Shown piece after piece: positions 37,337 to 50,392 of a stretch of DNA of 64,000 nucleotides. The translations under genes were made by a program, and so were the position numbers. Source of the DNA: Podarcis cretensis (Eukaryota); NCBI GenBank assembly GCA_951804945.1, contig OX638160.1, positions 41,354,001-41,418,000 on the forward strand. Reading direction: 5' to 3'. Positions within the stretch are counted from its first letter, which is position 1. Each line of letters opens with the position of its first letter. The notes below the pieces were generated by a model. It had not been told where the DNA came from. It searched no databases and saw nothing but the letters and a program-made list of their open reading frames with translations.

Positions 37337-37849
37337 ATGATACTTTATATTGGAACCCCCTTCCACAATTTCCCCATAATGAATCAGATCCTAATTGGAA
37401 AACACATGAGTCAGAATTCTAAAATGCCAAGTCTTCCTCTGTCTAAAGGAAAGTTCTACAAACCAGTTAAATTATCCCTTCACGCCATCTCTCTCATCCC
37501 CACTCCTGTTTCTAAAAATAGGCAAAGATGAAATCATCTTCACATAGGCCTAGTTCAAATGTAATGTGAAAAATTATGGTTCCATGCATTGATGGGGAAT
37601 CTGTGGCCCTCCCTATGTTGCGGGACTCCAACTCCCACCAGCCCCAGCCAACATATTCAATGGTCAGTGCTTGTAGTCCAACAACATTTGGAAGATCACA
37701 GGTTCCCCATCCCTGGTTTAATGGGAGTGAATGGTATGCTGGTACACACTGCTCATCAAATCCTACTTCAGTTCTGCCTTTGCTGAACTGGGAGAAAACA
37801 AGCCACAGACTGACTTAACATTATGTGGGTTTGTTTCTTTCCACGCTTG

Positions 37850-38760
37850 CCCTCACAACCCAGGATTTAAGACTCACCCACAATAAAGTTGGAATACACA
37901 GTCACAACTTTATTAACAGACCAAAAGAATCTGCATCAGGGGACTAAACATATGTGGGATGAATTTCGGTAGAGAGAATGGGAATGCCTTGCTCTCAGTG
38001 TTTGGGCAACACCACCCTGGCTCAAATCCAGACCACATCTTTTGAACAGAGAGAGGCTTTTTTTCACTGCTAGCTGCCAAGAAGGTGAGGTGAGGGGGGA
38101 GCCTGTTTCCCTACAAAGCCAAGCTCTCAAGTTGGCTGGCAATGCAAGGTGGGTAGACAGAGAGCCTTCCCAAAATGTGAATCAGGATGCTTAGCTTAAA
38201 GCCAAATTCCTCCCTAGTCCACACAAAACGCTACGTTGTGACAAAGCAGCAGCCATTTAAGCCAAATTAGCCACACATCCCAGATCAGAACAGTACAGTG
38301 GTACCTCGGGTTAACCTGAAACTGTTCTTAACCTGAAGCACCACTTTAACCTATGGGGCCTCCTGCTGCTGCTGAGCCGCCAAAGCACTATTTCTGTTCT
38401 CATCCTGAAGCAAAGTTCTTAACCTGAAGCACTATTTCTGGGTTAGCGGAGTCTGTAACCTGAAGCATATGTAACCCGAGGTACCACTGTACATAGTAAG
38501 AGGCGAAATGCACCTCAAGCGGCTACAGCATTCCCAGTCAGTGCCTAATGGCAACTGGTTAATCCTGCACTGTCCAAAGGGTGGGTGGGGTGCTAAGTGA
38601 CAAGCAGCAGAAGGGAAGAGTTCCATTTATGCAACACACTTGCCCACCTCTCACTGGCCTAAGGTGGCATGATGAGCAGCCTAATTCTCCTCCCATCCAG
38701 GGGCAGCCCCATGAGCTGTCTTCTTTCCAGGTGGGGTGGGACAATCTCACTCCCCTCACA
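37850..38760 (-). mobile_element. Degenerate LTR-like element interrupted by a Tigger-type MITE
   Basis: Minus-strand AATAAA (tttatt ~37909), LTR-like composition, ends ...cccctcaca. Boundaries approximate. Confidence 0.3.
38296..38489 (+). mobile_element. Tigger-type MITE family A, internal deletion
   Basis: Same TIRs and TA TSD. About 32 nt deleted between TTAA microhomologies. Confidence 0.9.
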
Positions 38761-41700
38761 ATAAGCAGTGGGGGGACCAAATCGCAAGCCGAAGCCAAGA
38801 CTTGGTCTTAACTTACTGCTTCTGGTTTGTTTGAAGGAAACAAACAAACAAACAGTTTGATGCTCATTTGCCTTACCATAGTTAATTTTAATTATGGTTT
38901 AATGTTACACATGAACCGGGTCAAGGACTCTATTGACTTTCGAAAGGAAGCATGAAGAAGAAGTTATCCAGCCAAGTGCCCAAATTTACATGGCTGTGGT
39001 ATCTATTCCACTTGAAAGGACATTTGCAAAACAGCTGCTCGTTGCACCCAGAAGCCTCCACCCTCAAAGCTGTGCCCATCACCTACAAAAACATATCTAT
39101 TTGTGTAAATTATTTATAACCCAATCTTCTCAGACAATTGCTCACACATTGCCATGGTGAGGAACAACTTACAACAGAACAATATACCATTTAAATGAAA
39201 GAAACAGCAACGGGATTTTACTGTTAATAGAAATATGGCTGGTCTTTAACTTCAGGAAAGGCGGAACATCTCAAAGTACAGGAAAAAGAATTAATAAGCT
39301 TTAATATATACTTTAAGTAACACAGGAAATGTTTTCTGCTAAGTTGTTCAGCATTAATGTAGGACTTTGTAAGCAAAGCAGGCAGGGATTCTATGGGGTT
39401 TATTTTTATCTGAGCTCACTTTGTTAGAAAGAATGTATCCACAGACAAAAACTGGCTTTATTTGGTGAAAAGGAAGTGAATAGCAAGAGGTGTTTGCTGC
39501 TCTGCATAAATCCATTATCTATAAATATATCCTCAACAGTTTATTATGGACTGTGCTAAAGTTGTCAACAAAGCTACGGGGAGGAAGCACCCTCAGTAGA
39601 ACTGGGAGAGCTTATCTACTTGTACATGTAATGCCCAGATTAACTAAAACCAGAAATGTTTCGGTAAAGTTATTTCTCAAGTTCATTTCAGAGCAATTGC
39701 TTAATACTCAGGTTTGAAATTCCTAGACTCTGTGGAACCAGGGTTCAAATCCCAGTGAGATCACATCTTCCTTTCAAGATATAAATAGAAATATTTGCCG
39801 TTTCAAAAGTATTTTGGAAGAGACCTTAAAACACAACCAGGCATTAAAATCCGCATGCAAAATATCATCAGATTTACTTGAATTTGGAATGGTGGCAACA
39901 ATGCCTTCAGTTTTATACAGAACACTATTCAATTGCTGCCGGCCACTGGGGGTAAAATGATATAGTGAAATAGCAGGAGGGCCCAGTTACTTCAATTTAA
40001 AGCTATAGGACATGCATGTTCAGAAAATATATATGCAAGATATTTCCCTCCCTCTCCACTTCCTTCCATAGAGTAATGATACTCCTAACACACTGGATAT
40101 GGGCAGAATGTAAAAGTCCTTGAAATGCCCTTCACCACCCATCCATACAGCCAGATTTCGGTTATTTATAGAAGGAACTCAGTTGTCAGGGCTCTTTCTT
40201 TCCTCTTCATCCTGTGTAGCAACGAAACTAACAAGGCTTTCACATTCTCAGGCTGCCAACATGCCAGCATTCAGTTTTACAAGACGGTCATGAGTACATG
40301 TAGCAGTAGCCAATTAGGAAAACTGACAGAAAGATAATTGATGCTCTGGCACCAATTGCTAGTTACACAATTAAAAGGAATTTATTCTACGCTTAAGAGA
40401 GTGCAGAAGGTGAACATTTCCATTCAAAACAGAGCCTTGATTCAAACATTCAGTGCCTGCCGGGAGACCCCCTCCAGGCCACCATAAAGACAACGTCAAT
40501 GCTCTTTTCACACATTCAGTGAATGCACAAGACAAGGTGGGAGGGAGGTAGAATGGCAACAGCAGTTCCCGCTCCAAACCTTCACGGGTTCATTTTGAAT
40601 GTATGAATCAAAACCCAAAGAATACAAATGCACATAGTCAGGGCTTTCCTGGGATGACTGAAAGTTCTATTTTCAACTCCAACAGCACCACCACCCGGTT
40701 TGCCTAGCAGATGGATATAGTCCTGTGCTTGTACATATAATCTCTCTGCTCATTTATTCAAAATGAATTATCTGTGTATATGCTTAGGACAGGGAGTGCC
40801 AGCACAGTCCCATTTCCACCACCCCTTCCTCCTTAGACCTGCATTCAACAAGACTCCTTTGGGAGCCTCCCGCACATCTGCCTCTCCTGCAGATGTGGAA
40901 ACCGACTATGGTTTGTCAGGAGCAGCTCAAGATTGAGATGAACTATGCCAGGGACACATCACTCTCTATGCCAGCTTCGCTAAGCCATTTCAGGAGAGTT
41001 TAGAAATGCTCCCTCCATAATCACATACAGTCACTCTCTCTTTCTACTTCTTCCAGTATTTGTATTTCATTCCAATCCGTGAGAAACATATTGAGTGAAG
41101 TCAGCAAAACAGACAAATGAATGAAAACCCAACAACCACATAAACAGTTGCAAAAAAAAAAAAAAAGGAGAGGGGAGGGGAGAATGTACAAAAGTAACAG
41201 TGACTTTATTCTAATATCAGACTGATGCTAATACAGTAAGATTCTTTCAGAGCTCTCAGTTCTTGAGTAATTTACTTTGGAGCACTCCAGCCCATTTAAC
41301 AGGTCCTTAGTGCTGCAGCAATACTGCTCTGAGGCTTTTTTAAAGTTATGCAAACTTAATATGCGATGTCCATAAAACTTTACAAGCTTAAAACTGTTCT
41401 CCAGACAGTATATTTATGAGTAATACATCTTTAAATGCCATCTCTCTATGTCAGTATTATGTATCATATAACACATCAGGCACTTCAAATATCATTTCTT
41501 TGGCTTTCCCAGCTATAGCCCAGCCATCTGTGTGCATCAAGGGTCACTGACATCAAAAGAGTAGGAGATAAAAATCAAATAAAACATAATGAAATACTAT
41601 GGCACCTATTTTTAAAACTCTCTGTTCACATGTAATATTTCAAAGCATTATCGTGGGGCTTTGGAAAGCATTGTTAATGGCTAGCGTTCCATGAAACACA

Positions 41701-41961
41701 AGTGTAAGGCTTTCTCATAGCCGGCTACAGAAAACTGAATATTTAAGCATATTTTTGCAGACACCACACATGTGCAAATGTTGCCAGTTCTACAGGGGAC
41801 CACTAAAAACCAGTGTGCCTGCCAAGATCTAAGCCATATCATTTATATGCAAACCATGAAATTTCAGCTAGTCACACATTGTCAGGTAAACAGACTCAAA
41901 CATTTTTGTGATTTGCTTGAGATTTTGTCACGGGACCAATACAATATATAGCTATATAATA

Positions 41962-42031
41962 TTGCAATCCTGTGCATTTCTACTCAGAAATAGGTTTCTT
42001 ACTCCCAGGTAAAGGGATATAGGATTGCAGC
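41962..42031. repeat. Ancient ~90-bp hairpin MITE family GCAATCCTAT...ATAGGATTGC (other copies ~6406-6491, 9723-9810, 50992-51067, 52380-52445, 57525-57606, 60228-60512, 61190-61237)
   Basis: Recurring termini tgcaatcct/aggattgca and core gtaagtccca..ttcaatgggacttac in 7-8 degenerate copies. Confidence 0.7.
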
Positions 42032-42974
42032 AGAGCTGTTTTATCTGTACATAGTTGTTTCAAAAGTTTTCCTTTACAAATTAACACAGTGTTTAGAGCA
42101 TCAGGCTAGGAGCAAGGAGATTAAGGTGCAAATCATCTTTTCAGCCATGAACATCACCAGGTAAGCTTGGGCTGATCGTGACTTCTCAGTCTAATCAAGT
42201 AGCAGCCAATGTGGCAGTACAGGGCTACAAAGCCCCCTCCCCACACCAGTGTTGCTACAGGCTACCGCCATCTTCCCTGCCCCAGCCTTGTCCAGGTAAG
42301 CCTTTGCTAGGAAGCCACCTTTGTAGCTTGGGGGAGAGAGGAAGGACAATGCTTGCCACCCTGGGAAAGGGAGGGAGAGATTAATACTCAACGAGTAACA
42401 AACTCCCAGCAGCCCTGATCATTGCCTGTGCCAGGTGGGATGAATGGGCACTGAAGTTCTACAAGATCTGTAGGGCTTAGGGCAGTCCTACCATCAGACA
42501 AAGTGAGGCAACTGCCTCAGTTGGCAAATGTTTTGGGACAGCCGCAGCAGCCCCTGGGCCTTTGCTTCTGAGCCCTCAGACTTTCCCCCTGCTACCACAT
42601 GGCTTCTCCTGGGCCACCTGTTCTAGCCTGCTGCCTCACATGTGGTGGAGGATGTTATCCCATCACTGGGAGACTGAAGCTGGGGAGAGGAGGTTCTCTC
42701 TTATCTCCAACTACACCCTTATTTTCAAGGAAAAGGAATGAGTGTGCATGTGCAAAATTGTGGTGTGCGTAGTTGCAGTGTGTGCACTGTAGGTTCTCCA
42801 CTATGCAAATGTGCCCACAGGCCCCCAAAAAGGAGATTTGCAACCCCTGACCTAAAGAAATACTCTATCAAATGAGAATGGCACACCTGTGTGAAATTAG
42901 GCAGCCTATCTTTGTTTAAAAACGCAAGAGAGGTTTCTGGGAAAGGATCAGTCAGCCACTGCTGAAGTTGTAAC

Positions 42975-43014
42975 TGGTTACTTGGGATGTATATTGGTTA
43001 CTTGGGATGTATAT
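42975..43014. repeat. 20-bp perfect tandem duplication
   Basis: tggttacttgggatgtatat x2. Confidence 0.95.
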
Positions 43015-44065
43015 ATACAAGCACCCTCCCCAGTTAAGCAACACAAACGTATTTTGTATTTGGAATGAGAGAACATTTTGTACTCAGGTGTGATAAAACT
43101 GAACTGCTAATCGGCCACTAGAGACTGCAATGGGGCACCAGGGAAGAGATGATCTCTTCTGCTCTGGTTTGTTGATTAGGACCAATATAGAACTGCATGT
43201 ATCCCACAGCCATGCCCAACAGATTGAAGGCCATGTGTTTATTGTCACCGCTGAATTTGATCTGGTGCTTTCTTTTAAGTTACAAAACAGAGCCCTGGAT
43301 TGGGAACTGCACCAATTGTTAAACCATGGAGAAGACAGAAAAATCAGTCAGGAAATTCCCATGCTACACAATCATCACCCGCAGCAGGCTAATTAAATAA
43401 AATAGTTCATTACTGTGCTCAATTTTTACTTCGGCAAATCTACGGCCTTATTTTTTAGTATTTTAACAGGAGAGCAGGCAGTCTCTTTGGGACTCTTTAA
43501 GAATGTTTTAAATCTTTAATTTCATGAGTTTTACAACTCACCAAATAGCAAGATAATAAAGCTTTGTCAGCACCAACTTTCAACTGTGCTGCACCTTGAA
43601 GATGCTTTGGCTGCTACACTGGAAAGTCTAGAAACTAGAAGCCTGTCTCAAAATTCTACCCAGTTATTACTGGTCAAAAACTGAGAGCAGCACTGGTACG
43701 GGGGATGAGATGGAACCATTCTCCAGACAATAATGTCACTGCCGATAACCTGAACTGTGACTGGGGTATGGTGGAGCAACAGTGAGCTTGGGACTGCATG
43801 GATACACTGGAAGGGCCAACTAAGCACTCCAGTTGGTGTACCTGAACAACCCCAAAGTCACTGCTGGCCCAGCCCAGCAATGACGGCAGTATCAGGAGGG
43901 TGGATCCGCAGCTCTGCCCCATGCATGGGCCAGAGTTGAATACAAAGGGGATATAAAATGGAGCAGCCACTGGAGCTCCAGCTTTAGGGAAGGTTGACAG
44001 AGAGAAGAATGGGCTGTGCAAAAGAGTTCTGATCACCATGTGTAATTGATATATGCATCCAAACA

Positions 44066-44384
44066 TAGTGGCGTAGAAATGGGTTGTCAGCACCCAGGGT
44101 TGGGTGGGAGGGAGGTAAATGAACAGAGTACGCATGCGCATTCAACTGCTTAATGGAGTCCATGTCACCCAGGAGATGGCAGCCGCAGAGATAAGAAAAG
44201 AAGAGTTGTTCCATTGTCTGGAGAGGTAACTTCCTGGTTCACATGGAGAATCCATTTTCAATGCAGCCCAGTGACGGAAGTGCATAGCTGTATTGAGGCA
44301 GCACTGGGTGTTGAAATCTTCCACCCCAACCATTTTGCACCCCAGGCAACTGCCCCTGTGGGCCCTCCCCACGTTGCTCCACTG
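44066..44384. mobile_element. Old hAT-type MITE
   Basis: (C/T)AGTGGCGTAG...TTGCTCCACTG termini; TSD TCCAAACA/TCCAAATG. Confidence 0.7.
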
Positions 44385-45437
44385 TCCAAATGATACACTA
44401 CTAACTCCCCTAAAATGTTACTTAACTGGAATTAAAAAGGGCAGTGTTTGTTCAAATGATAAAGGAACAAAGCTGGTAATTGTTTTCATCCAATCTATTA
44501 CACACAAAATGTCAAGGCGAAAAATATGTCATTATTAAAAGGCAGGCAGGCAGGCTACCTTCAGAAACTGTAGGGAAACCATAATCATGACATATATTAT
44601 GAAGCCAATGAGACAAGTAGAATTAGAGCAGATGTCATGCCAGCCATACTAGAATAATTTAAAGAGTTAAAGCAGTGAGTGCAGCTGTCACCCCCAGCAC
44701 CCACTCAGAAACACTCCTGGTGCCACACTTAGGGCAAAATGAAGCATACTAGACCTTCTTTAACCTTCATGTGGTACATGAAGTTGGAATGCAACCTTTC
44801 CTTTGGCCACGGGTGAGATCTATAAAACCGAGTTATTGGGTTTTTGATAGACATCTCTGTGCTTGGCAAGTCACAAGTTGTTCATCTTAAGTTTCACAGA
44901 CAATTCAGTTCCGTCCCACTGCAGCAGAAGTTCTTAGATTTCTAAAATAGTTTTGGCATGTGGAGGGGAGTTTCTGAGCATTTGCAGAACAAGTGTATTT
45001 AAAAAAGAAGAGACTGAAGTACAACACTGTGGCAGATAAAATTAGAAGAGACTGTTCAGCGCAGAGCTGTCAGCACAAATATCTGAAGTTGGAAAAATAT
45101 GGAGAGAACACTGAAGGTGGCACATTTAGGATAAGCAAGAGGACCGAGCTTCGACTGAGAGCAGAAACTGGGCACAGCTTTCTTATATGCCCAAGGAGTG
45201 GACCAGAGAAGAGAGGCAGGGTAGCAAACAAGAAAGCTACAAAGCTTATGTGCACCACTTACACAATGTTGAGGTCTGCTGTACCCAGCACATAGCAATT
45301 ATATTTTGAAAGGCATAAACAGAAGAGAATATAATTGCCACAGTTCTTCAGACCATAGTAACAGTGGCCAGTGAGGCAGCATGGGTGGGGCACCATTGTT
45401 TTCCCAGCTTCCCAACACAGCAGGTTATGCTGGTGCT

Positions 45438-45688
45438 TAAAGGTAAAGGTACCCCTGACCATTAGGTCCAGTCGCAGACGACTCTGGGGTTGCAGCGCTC
45501 ATCTCGCTCTATGGGCTGAGGGAGCCGGTGTTTGTCCGCAGACAGCTTCTGGGTCATGTGGCCAGCATGACTAAGCCGCTTCTGGCGAACCAGAGCAGCA
45601 CTCGGAAATGCCGTTTACCTTCCCACCGGAGAGGTACCTATTTATCTACTTGCACTTGACATGCTTTCGAACTGCTAGGTGGGCAGGA
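45438..45688 (-). mobile_element. Sauria SINE, 5'-truncated
   Basis: taaaggtaaaggtacccctgaccattaggtcc...cctatttatctacttgcac...gctttcgaactgctagg. Confidence 0.9.
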
Positions 45689-45907
45689 CCTTACCAAGAG
45701 GGAAATGGGCAAGGGTGAGATATAGGAAGACTGGCCCAATGGAATACATGCCAGTGAAGCCCATCTGATGCTCCTTCCACCATGCACTGTATTGGACCAA
45801 GCTGTCTTTGGCTCACCCACTCTCAATAAGTGCCAGTGGCCCACTGTGTTGCAAAGCAACGGGGTCTTATCCATACTGCCTAATGGGTCACTACTGGACC
45901 ATAGAGT

Positions 45908-46040
45908 AGGGATGGGTAACATGTGGCCCTCCAGACTTAAACCCCCATCAGGATTAGCCAACAAATCCAGTGGTTAGGGAAGATGAGAGTTGTAATCCAA
46001 CAACCTCTCTCTGGAGGGTCAGAAGTACCCCATCCCCACT
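45908..46040. mobile_element. Degenerate copy of the palindromic hAT MITE family (another at ~37590-37715)
   Basis: gggatgggtaacatgtggccctccaga...gagttgtaatccaacaac...ctggagggtc...ccccatcccc resembles 21823-21945. Confidence 0.6.
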
Positions 46041-49000
46041 ATACAGGAAAGGAGCAGCAAGCTCAGCATGCTTAGGATACCGCCTGGGCAAGATGCTCGG
46101 TTCCTTCCGCAGACCCAAATATACAACCTCATGCCCATAACACTTGTATTCTTTTCCTCCCTATGAGAAAGTGGAGGAGTTTAGTGCACATGGAAGAGAA
46201 AGGAAAGCTAAACACCTGTGATACTGAGAATGCACTGAGATTTCACAGAAACAAAGCTATAAAAGCCATGGTAAACATGCAGTACTTTTGCCTGATCCTC
46301 CCTATATCAATATTTTCTACTAACTAATTTATATCATTGGCAGAAAAATAATTTTGTTCTTGCCTTAGCAGTCCCCCATTTGCTAAAATGTGGTTTATGC
46401 TAAAGGCAGGATATTTTTCACTCTCAGGTGTAGATGCCCATTTGCCTCCAAAACGATGCACACCTGCCACTGTGAGATTTTGTATCATCCAAGCAACTCT
46501 AATAAAATGTTGTAGGGTTGTATCCTGTGCTAGTAATGCACAGAATAAACCCATTGAAATGAATGGGTCCATAGGCTCTTAGGTCTAATAGTCAAATATG
46601 GCCCTTTATATCAGAGCTAGGGTTAGAGCATATATTTTACCCATTTCAATTATTGAGCTGAAAATGAGTAAAAAGTTATGTCCTGCAAATTTTAGAGTAT
46701 TCAGTTATGGATAAAGAACTCATTAGTTTTGAACATATTCAATTTCGACCCTCAATCCCATCCACTGCCATTGTTTTTGCTAACTGCTTCTGCTTCAACA
46801 GCTTTTTTTCTTGTTGCTGATTTCTTCTTGCATTAGTCAAGTAAAGTATGTGACCTGAGCTAAGAAGGGATCATTTAGCAAAGATCACCACCTAAGAATT
46901 ATAACTGGGACATGATGATGTCAGTGAGGATATACAAAGCCAGAAATCAGCGTAAACGATGGGACAAATGTTTCTGCAGACGTTGCTACAAAATCAGAAG
47001 AGGATAGTTTTTGACACTGCAGAAAACATTCCAAAAACTTATTGAGTCTTTTCCAAGGCTGACCTGAAAACTACTCATTCTATTTTGCTGCCCCACTCAC
47101 AGGCAACAAAATGGGGGGGTGGGGGGGAGGAAATGGGTGGCTGCCATTCACCCCATGATTCCAATAGGAATTATGCCCCCAAATATTTTTTAAAGCAGTA
47201 AACTGGGAGCTAGATTAGTTCTAGCGTGATCCAATACAGTAAATGATACTTTTTGTCTCATTGTGCTGCAATGAGCTCTCTAATACCTAGAGAGTAATAT
47301 GGCTCAGACTTTTTCTCAAACAGGCACCTAGCAAGTAGACTAACAAATACTCACCTAACGAGAAGGACAGACATTGTATCTGAGCTTATTTCTTCTTTTT
47401 CCAGTAGTCCGTTGCAACTTTGACAAAGGCTGCTGATTCCCATTAATCATTTCTCAGTTTTTACTATACCATGTTACAAACCCCACCCGAGCTTTCCATG
47501 TTGTGTGGAAATAATTCACATCAGAAACAGAAAAAGGAACAATCGCATCAACAAAGCTGCCATAGAGCATTAGTTTCAAGAGCACATAAGTAAACATCTG
47601 AAAAGACAACAGAGAAGCTTGAGCACTTAGATAGAAGCAAATGTGTTCTAGAACAGATGGTGGCTACACTTCACTGCTCCAAGAAGACCTGATATTTTCC
47701 CCTGTGGCTGCTGGTGTGCGGCTTAGGAAAATGCCCACAAAACTAATATTTTACAGTTGCTCCTTCATAAAACAGCTAAATCGTGGCTATTCAAAAATGA
47801 ATAATCACATCCAGTTTACAGATTTTTAAAATGCAATTATCTAATTTACAAACATCTTCAGGTTACTACTACAAAGGTGGATAGTGATTAAGCATCAGTT
47901 GTTTCAAAATTATGCAATTAAAGATCAGTTCTGTCAGAATAAGGCATAACACAAGGAGAGGAGTACTTGCAAAGGGCCTCAAACTTTGATTCTGTGGGTA
48001 GCGAAAAAGTTAACAACCCATGTCAGGATTTCAAGCCCATGATTATGGACTGCTAAATGGATGAAGACTTGCCAAATTGAGCCCTTCACAAGATGTTAAA
48101 ATTATTCAGTAGTAGGCTGAATATTCACAATGGTTTATTTTCAGTACCAAGGTTAATGATCTAGGTAGGGGGAAAGAGGTTCACCCACATGAAAATCTAC
48201 TATTTATTTTATAATTTATTTTCCATGCCAGCTTTCACCCACACTTCTGCTATCGTTCTGCTGCTTCAGAACCACTTTTTAACTTGGAAGAGCTTCTTCA
48301 ACACATGTTACCATGGGCCATGTGGTTATGACTTCACTCTGCACATAGCCACTTCAGTCTGGCTATCTGACAACTTCCCTGAGGACAAACAAATCTCTTA
48401 CCATCTGTGCATTATCTCACTCACCAGAGCAACCCTTCCTGAGATAATTTCATTGACTGTCAATTTCCATGAACAGAATTTAGTCTATATCCACCAACAG
48501 TGACTTACGATACAGGGCTAATTGCTGCAGAATGTACACCTGAATGCACATCCTATTTATTGCATTATTGTATTGTATTAAAATCTGTATGTGAATGTGT
48601 CCCTATCCATGTTCAGCAGCAACTAAATATGTGTGACTCGATTGCAATCAGTGAGCTGTTGCCTTGATAACATAATGCAATCTCTTGCAAACACTTTCAC
48701 ATACCTTTACCCTTTGCACATTTTGACAGGGAAGGAAGTTTATGAAATATGTATGCCACCAGACAGCAAACTGCAGCATTTTACACTAGCTCATGCTTTA
48801 GGACACTCTTCAAGGAAAGCTCCACAGAGAAAGCACTGTAGTAGTCTGGCCTGTAGATTTCACAAGCTTGAATAATGGTTGCCAAATATTATTCAAACAA
48901 GCTCACAGCTTACAGATCAGGCACAGCAGATATGTCATCAAAGCCACACTAATGAATATTTAATAATAATTTGAACCATAGCTTCTACTCTTAAATCCAA

Positions 49001-49066
49001 ATCTTAATATTTCTGAAATGTTTAAAATCTAATATTTTACTTTACACTACTCTTCTAAATTCTAAA

Positions 49067-49945
49067 TTGCCGATCAAAAGGTCAGCAGTTCGAATCCCTG
49101 TGATGGGGTGAGCTCCCGTTGCTCGGTCCCTGCTCCTGCCAACTAAGCAGTTTGAAAGCACGTCAAAGTGCAAGTACCGTATTTTTCGCCCTATAGGACG
49201 CACTTTTTCCCCCTCCAAAAATGAAGGGGAAATCTGGGTGCGTCCTATGGGGCGAATGCAGGCTTTCGCTGAAGCTTGGAGAGCGAGAGGGGTCGGTGCG
49301 CACCGACCCCTCTCGCTCTCTAGGCTTCAGGAAGACATCCGCAGCCTGCTTCCCGGAGCGTCGGGCGCCCTGAAAGCAGAGCGCCCGGCGCTTCAGGAAC
49401 ACATCCGCAGCCTAGGCAGCCCTGCGGGAGTTCCCCGCAGGGCTCCCCACGCTGTGGATAGCAGCCTGCCGCACGGCGGGTGGGGCGCCCTGAAGCAGAG
49501 CGCCCTGCGCGCTGGACAGACATCCGCAGCGTGGGGAACCCTGCAAAGCACCCTGAAGCAGAGTGCCCCTCGTGCCGGGCAGACATCAGCCAGCCCCACA
49601 AGCTCAGGGGACAGCAGGGAGGCGCAGCGCCGCCATCCCGCTGTTCCTTGACCTGGTTTGGTTTCCCCGACCTGCTTTTGGGGGGGGAAATAAAGGGGGA
49701 AAAATTCTTTATTTCCCCCCCCAAAAAAAAACTAGGTGCGTCTTATGGGACGGAGCGTCCTATGGGACGAAAAATACGGTAGATAAATAGGTACCACTCT
49801 GGCGGGAAGGTAAATGGCATTTCCGTGCATTGCTCTGGTTCGCCAGAAGCAGCTTAGTCATGCTGGCCACATGAAAGATGAGTTCCGCAACCCCAGAGTC
49901 ACTTGCGACTGGACCTAATGGTCAGGGGTCCCTTTTCCTTTACCT
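49067..49945 (+). mobile_element. 5'-truncated Sauria SINE split by a MITE (SINE parts 49067-49176 and 49780-49945)
   Basis: SINE core gtgcaagTA|...|TAgataaataggtacc rejoins exactly across the insert. 14-bp TSD TACTCTTCTAAATT (49048-49061, 49946-49959). Confidence 0.92.
49177..49779. mobile_element. Tc2/pogo-like (TcMar) non-autonomous DNA transposon, 603 bp
   Basis: TIR CCGTATTTTTCGCCCTATAGGACGC / GCGTCCTATGGGACGAAAAATACGG, TA TSD, GC-rich repetitive interior. Confidence 0.92.
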
Positions 49946-50113
49946 TACTCTTCTAAATTATGCAAGACATCAAAAATGGTTTAGCCATACTTAAAAGTGG
50001 AACCACCCACTGCCAACTTTTTAAAAAGGACTCAAGCACCACTTCAAAAGCATACCTGATGCACTTTCACACGTGAATCTCATAGACAAGACAGAATATA
50101 GCAAATAACTTAC

Positions 50114-50392
50114 CATTATCAGTTTTTGGATTTCCGTTGCTGAGCTGCTTTAATCTTTTCTGATGTGATTTCCCATTGTAGTGTATCTGTGCCTGAGCAG
50201 CAGAGTTCAGTTGAATGTTGCACACATTGCACAAAGTAAAACTGCTGTGTTTCTTCTCTCTTTCTTTCTTTTCCTCACTGTCATCAGGTGTCAGGTCTGC
50301 CTCGCCTTCTCTTTCATGAAAACATGTGAAATTTGCAGTATACGGTACATTGTCTTGAGATGGATTAGGACTCCAAGGTTTCTTCATAGTTT
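50114..50392 (-). CDS. ZNF385D: Internal coding exon of a ZNF385-family gene (matrin/U1-type C2H2 zinc finger), ZNF385D-like
   Basis: Translation (E)TMKKPWSP...KKHSSFTLCNVCNIQLNSAAQAQIHYNGKSHQKRLKQLSNG has C-x2-C-x12-H-x5-H and the CxVCNIQLNSAAQAQxH signature of the ZNF385 N-terminal finger. Acceptor: ttttctcttttgtttatcttAG before 50392. Donor: G|GTAAGT after 50114. 279 nt, phase 1-1. Family call is strong; paralogue (D vs B/C) rests on recall and the large-intron context. Confidence 0.8.

Noticed and set aside
49163-49790. Overlapping 68-137-aa ORFs, and a CRISPR-like look of the internal repeats
   Set aside because: GC-rich MITE interior with no transposase motif; repeats are irregular with no unique spacers; the context is eukaryotic.
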